From a virus, in IMG/VR virus record IMGVR_UViG_3300015360_000024, positions 1-64,000 of that record: a stretch of DNA of 64,000 nucleotides; one strand, given 5' to 3'. The stretch's first letter is position 1. The number at the start of each line of letters is the position of its first letter. Made by a program: the position numbers and the translations under genes. The notes beneath the pieces are model-generated. The model was not told the origin of the DNA. It saw nothing but the letters and a program-made list of their open reading frames with translations, and did not search any database. Below are positions 60,046 through 64,000 of this stretch, one piece after another.

Positions 60046-61385
60046 AAATTCCGCTGACTATCAAAGAAGACTACTGTGTTAACTGGGACCTCTTCTGCGG
60101 CGTTCGCGAGTTCATGCAGAACGGCCAGGACGCCACCAGAATCGGCTGTACGTTCGACGCCGTCTACCTGGCCGACGCCAACACGATTCGCGTCAAGACG
60201 ATTGGAGCGACCCTGGAGCACAGGACGTTGCTCCTTGGTGAATCGTCGAAGCGTGGCCGCAACGACATGCTGGGCCAGCAGGGCGAGGGCTACAAGATCG
60301 GCTCGCTTGTTCTCTGCCGTCTCGGCAAGGGCGTCAAGATTCGGACCGGCGAAGAGGTCTGGATTCCGGCCATCGAGCACTCGAAGCAGTTCGACGCCAA
60401 GATCTTGGTGTTCAACATCGAGAAGGGCCGCAAGCCCGTCAATGAAATCGTCGTCGACATCACGGGCGTGATGCAGGACGAGTGGGACTCCATCAAGCGG
60501 AAGTTCCTCTTCATCGACGCAGACGGCCAGACGGTCATCGAGTCCCCGGTCGGCTCGGTGATCATGGACGGCGTCGGGCATATCTTCGTTGATGGCATCG
60601 AGGTGTGTCGCATCGACAAGTTCCGCCACGGCTACAACTTTCGCCCCAGCGATACCAAGCTCGATCGCGACCGCCGTCTGATGGAGCAGTTCGAAGCCCA
60701 CAGCCTCTCGGCGAAGATCTGGGAAGCGCTCTATATGCGCTCAACGCGCGAGTACTGCGACAAGGTCGACACTATGCTGGCCGACAACGCGCCTGACGTT
60801 GAGCACTTCCGTTACGATTGGTGCGTGGGCCAGAATACCCGCAAGCAGGTCGCGGACCGCTTCAAGGATAAGTTCGGCGCGAAGGCCATCCCAGTTCGCA
60901 CCAGCAGCGAGGCGCGAGAGATCGAGTTCTACGGTCGCCACGCCGCAGTCGTCGATGCTGAGCCGCTGCGCGCCATTCTGGAGCGTGAGGTCGGAACGAT
61001 CGAGCAGGTCAAGCGCGAGCTTGGCGAGGAGATCAAGCAGGAGCACACGACCGTCAGCCTGGACCCCAAGGAGACGAAGAACTTCCTGATGGCTCTGGAG
61101 TTCGTCTCTAAGGCTGTTAAGCGCTCCAGCTTCGAGCTGGCCAAGGACATCACGATCGTCGAGTTCAACAGCCCGAGCGTGATGGGTATGCGCAAGGACG
61201 ACAAGATCTACATCAGCCGAAACACCCTTGGGTGCTTCGAGGAGGCCTTAAAGACGATGGTGGAAGAGGTTGCCCATGAGGTGGGCGCCGATGCCACGCA
61301 TGATCATGTCGAGCGCATGCACACGATCTACGCCAACGGTGTAGCGTTGCTGCTTGCGGAAGGATCTGGGAGTGCCAAAGACTGA
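60042..61385 (+). CDS. GHKL-type ATPase domain protein
   Basis: VREFMQNGQDA (N box), LLGESSK, GQQGEGYKIG (G box); C-terminal EEVAHE. Confidence 0.75.
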   Translation: MKIPLTIKEDYCVNWDLFCGVREFMQNGQDATRIGCTFDAVYLADANTIRVKTIGATLEHRTLLLGESSKRGRNDMLGQQGEGYKIGSLVLCRLGKGVKIRTGEEVWIPAIEHSKQFDAKILVFNIEKGRKPVNEIVVDITGVMQDEWDSIKRKFLFIDADGQTVIESPVGSVIMDGVGHIFVDGIEVCRIDKFRHGYNFRPSDTKLDRDRRLMEQFEAHSLSAKIWEALYMRSTREYCDKVDTMLADNAPDVEHFRYDWCVGQNTRKQVADRFKDKFGAKAIPVRTSSEAREIEFYGRHAAVVDAEPLRAILEREVGTIEQVKRELGEEIKQEHTTVSLDPKETKNFLMALEFVSKAVKRSSFELAKDITIVEFNSPSVMGMRKDDKIYISRNTLGCFEEALKTMVEEVAHEVGADATHDHVERMHTIYANGVALLLAEGSGSAKD

Positions 61386-61659
61386 AGACGATGTCGTTTG
61401 TGCTGGATGCGGCCGGCCGATCGGGAAATATCGGTCGGCTCGTTGTCCTGGTGACCGCGTGGTTGAAGTTCGAGTCGGCAAGCTTCTCCAGAGCCAGGTG
61501 ATCGACGGCAAACGGAAGCCGGGCAGACCGAGGCTCAAGTCGGAGAAGTTCAAAGCCGAGTCTGTTTGGGGCGTGATGCATCTACGGTGTTTTGTTCGCT
61601 CCGTTGAGGCTCCAGACGATGTATTCGCAGAGCTGAGCGTTCAAAATGGCATCAGATGA
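61354..61659 (+). CDS. hypothetical Zn-binding protein
   Basis: CAGCG...MHLRC. Confidence 0.55.
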   Translation: MRKDLGVPKTEDDVVCAGCGRPIGKYRSARCPGDRVVEVRVGKLLQSQVIDGKRKPGRPRLKSEKFKAESVWGVMHLRCFVRSVEAPDDVFAELSVQNGIR

Positions 61660-61870
61660 CGACAACACCATTCTCGGTGGTCTACGCAAGCTCGCTGCCC
61701 TTGAGGGTTACGAAGCAGGCACCGAAGAATTCGAGCGACGGGTAAGACAGCTCCAGATCACTAAGTGCCGTGAGATGAAGGGCGTCAACTCGTGTCACGA
61801 ATGCAAGTTCTTCGATTACTGTGATCTGGTCAAGAAGGTGATGCGAGAGCGGCGTGGATACGACGACTAG
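61646..61870 (+). CDS. small Cys-rich protein
   Basis: CREM...SCHECKFFDYC. Confidence 0.6.
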   Translation: MASDDDNTILGGLRKLAALEGYEAGTEEFERRVRQLQITKCREMKGVNSCHECKFFDYCDLVKKVMRERRGYDD

Positions 61871-61891
61871 ACTTGATGTGGAGGATGCCAG

Positions 61892-62707
61892 ATGTCGACA
61901 ACGCGAATTCCGTTCAATGCAATCAAGTTTCACGTTGAAATCACAAACCCGCGCGATGAACTAAAGGATATCCCAGACCTCATCGCGTCACTGAGGTCGG
62001 TCGGTCTTCAGGTCCCGCTCACAGTCAAGCAGGACCCCAAAGACGACAACGTCTTCTATTTGGTCGTTGGGTTCAGACGTCACGAGGCAATTCGTCAGAT
62101 TCGAGAGTCTGATCCGAACGCCTTCAAGACTGTCGAGGTCAAGAAATTCAAAGGCTCCTTTGCGGAGGCCCAGGTTCTCAACATCACAGAGAACATTCAA
62201 CGATCTGAGCTGACTCCTATGGAGATCTGCAAGAGCGTAGAGATTCTCATGAACCTTAGCTACAAGCAGAAGGATGTAGCCGAGAAGATTGGAAAGTCCC
62301 AAACGTGGGTTTCCAATGCGATGCAATTCCGTCGACAGGCCACACCGCAACTTCAAGAGGCCGTTCGGTCAGGTGATATCCCCTATGGATTTGCTAGGGA
62401 TTTAGCAACTCTCACAGATAGCGAGCAGAGGGATAAGGTCAAGGGCCTGAAGAAGCCCAGCACTAATTCCCAGGATGAGGTAGAAGGGCGACCCAGGCCA
62501 AACAAAGTGGTTGACCCCCAAGTGCGCAAAACAGTCAGAGAATCGTCTGGGAGGGTAATTAGGCCCTCAACGGCTGAAGTTCGCCACGAGGTGATGCGCA
62601 TTGGTCAGGACAACAAGGGCACGTCGGACGAGTTCGAACGCGGGATTCTAATCGCGCTGGAGTGGACTCTTGGGGAGCGAAAGACGCTCAGGCGGCCCGA
62701 TAGATGA
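61892..62707 (+). CDS. ParB/Spo0J-like protein
   Basis: NPR...LIASLRSVGLQVPL...LVVGFRRHEA...NITENIQRSELTPME...VAEKIGKSQTWVS. Confidence 0.85.
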   Translation: MSTTRIPFNAIKFHVEITNPRDELKDIPDLIASLRSVGLQVPLTVKQDPKDDNVFYLVVGFRRHEAIRQIRESDPNAFKTVEVKKFKGSFAEAQVLNITENIQRSELTPMEICKSVEILMNLSYKQKDVAEKIGKSQTWVSNAMQFRRQATPQLQEAVRSGDIPYGFARDLATLTDSEQRDKVKGLKKPSTNSQDEVEGRPRPNKVVDPQVRKTVRESSGRVIRPSTAEVRHEVMRIGQDNKGTSDEFERGILIALEWTLGERKTLRRPDR

Positions 62708-63358
62708 TTGGAGAATGCGATGATTGGATGGTTCTTTTTTCCGTTGGTGATCAGGGCTTGCTTGGCTTGGTTGCTTATTTGGTCTCCCAACGCAGACGCT
62801 AATCAACCAGCGATCATCCCGGAAGAGACGGTGGCCTACGCTAACATCGTCGCAACTGACCGCAGTATATCGTTGCCATCGGCGACGGACGAACACGGAA
62901 TAGCCACTCGCTACGGAAGCCCTGGCGATAAATTCGCTCAACAGGGAACGGCATGCAAGCCGCACAATAAGATCAACGACGTAGAGCACATCTGTGCGCA
63001 TCGTTGGTATCCGTGCGGCACTCTTCTGATCGTCGAGAACCAGAAGACTGGCGAACGAAACTGGTGCGAGGTCAAGGACCGAGGGCCGTACGGCGCAAGT
63101 GTTTTCGCGGCCAACGGATCCAAGGTGATGAATGGTTCTCGTCAGGGTTGGTACATCAAGATCCGAGCAGGAGATCTCCCTCCTGACGATCTCTGTCCAG
63201 ACGGTGGATGTGTAGGTAAGTGGCGAGGCGTCCTAGACATGAGCCCAGCCGTTAGCAAAGGTATGGGTCACACAGGCTGGGGAACGGTGAAAGTATGGCG
63301 ACTCAAGCGAGTCGTGGATCACCAGAAGTATCTTGCCAAGAAGAAGCCCCTCAGCTGA
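62708..63358 (+). CDS. RlpA-like double-psi beta-barrel protein with N-terminal signal/TM segment
   Basis: CAHRWYPCGTLLIVEN...VKDRGPY...LDMSPAV...G. Confidence 0.75.
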   Translation: MENAMIGWFFFPLVIRACLAWLLIWSPNADANQPAIIPEETVAYANIVATDRSISLPSATDEHGIATRYGSPGDKFAQQGTACKPHNKINDVEHICAHRWYPCGTLLIVENQKTGERNWCEVKDRGPYGASVFAANGSKVMNGSRQGWYIKIRAGDLPPDDLCPDGGCVGKWRGVLDMSPAVSKGMGHTGWGTVKVWRLKRVVDHQKYLAKKKPLS

Positions 63359-63361
63359 CGC

Positions 63362-63778
63362 TTGAATCAGCCTCTCGACCTTGGTACCTTCCCAAGCTCC
63401 ATGCTGACGTCGCCACCTCCCAACGAAAGCCTGGCTATCGTGGTTGGGATGATGAACGACTGTAGCGGCTTATGGGAGGTCACCGAGAGTCGGGTCTCGG
63501 TTATTCGTGAGAGGTTATCCGTACTCTCACAGAGAACCCTGCCGGCTGCTCAGGAAATGCTCTCCATCGCTGATGGTGGCGCCAGGTTTTGGCCTACCAA
63601 AGCCGAATACTACGCTGCTATCTCTGAAATGCGGAAGGACGCCGTGCTGGTTAGTAAAGCACAGGTCGACGCCGTAATCGAAGCGGTCTTCAAAGGGGCA
63701 AGGCTGGACAACGTCTCCGACAAGATGTGGGTCAAGCAGGCCTTGGATATCCTCACCAGGGTTTCCAAGGAAAAGTAA
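63362..63778 (+). CDS. hypothetical protein
   Basis: 138 aa. Confidence 0.6.
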   Translation: MNQPLDLGTFPSSMLTSPPPNESLAIVVGMMNDCSGLWEVTESRVSVIRERLSVLSQRTLPAAQEMLSIADGGARFWPTKAEYYAAISEMRKDAVLVSKAQVDAVIEAVFKGARLDNVSDKMWVKQALDILTRVSKEK

Positions 63779-64000
63779 CAAATTGACAATGCGCTCGGAT
63801 AGCTCGATGGTCTCAAAGAGACAAATAAAACAGGAGTTCGTACGGCATCCGTACACAAAACAGAAACTCCGCGTTATTGATACATTCGACCCGAGCGAGG
63901 TTACGCCGTGTCCTGGTTGCATGGGTGGAGTCGTTAAACAGATAAAGGTAGTTGAGTCCGAATATCGTGGGGGTGTTCGGTACAATATTATTGCCTGCGA

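Noticed and set aside
21945-63790. Recurring TTGACAAT boxes (21945, 26109, 28312, 58569, 63783) as a phage-specific regulon motif
   Set aside because: Consistent with ordinary sigma70 -35 elements; only two have a reasonable -10, so no novel motif is claimed

Overview
A 64-kb segment of a large, most likely jumbo, bacteriophage genome. No capsid or terminase genes fall in the window, so a megaplasmid or other element is not excluded. A TIGR04563/MXAN_4361-type small protein points to a myxobacterial host. Layout: (1) 1-13.2 kb, densely packed small + strand hypothetical genes, including an RNase H-like protein, DUF3307, a PG-binding lysin and a HAD protein, followed by a J-domain protein and a few other genes on the - strand; (2) 13.2-19 kb, a - strand cassette of paralogous, probably virion-associated proteins; (3) 19-33.4 kb, DHFR, MazG-like, PLD nuclease, Panacea antitoxin with a frameshifted toxin, SLOG, AT-hook protein, metallophosphoesterase and tail-like genes; (4) 33.6-55 kb, a - strand translation and RNA-repair island; (5) 55-64 kb, IHF beta and alpha, HNH and LAGLIDADG nucleases, a GHKL ATPase, ParB and an RlpA-like protein. 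The island holds 48 hand-folded canonical tRNAs covering all 20 amino acids, EF-Tu, a Pth2-like hydrolase, an RNA ligase with an in-frame TAG, a cyclic-phosphate receiver domain and an SRP (4.5S) RNA core. It also holds a minimal class I release factor with an RF1-type PxT motif that needs a prfB-style +1 frameshift (GGAGG-UCA-CUU-UGA-C), several anticodon-less tRNA mimics, and at least nine Y RNA-like (Ro60-binding) ncRNAs in four topologies. Three of these are complete tRNA bodies carrying a circularly permuted, GCAA-capped Ro60-binding helix in place of the anticodon loop. The Y RNA/tRNA chimera set and the frameshift-controlled release factor are the most striking observations. All calls were made by eye, with no database searches. 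Several isolated indels suggest some assembly error.
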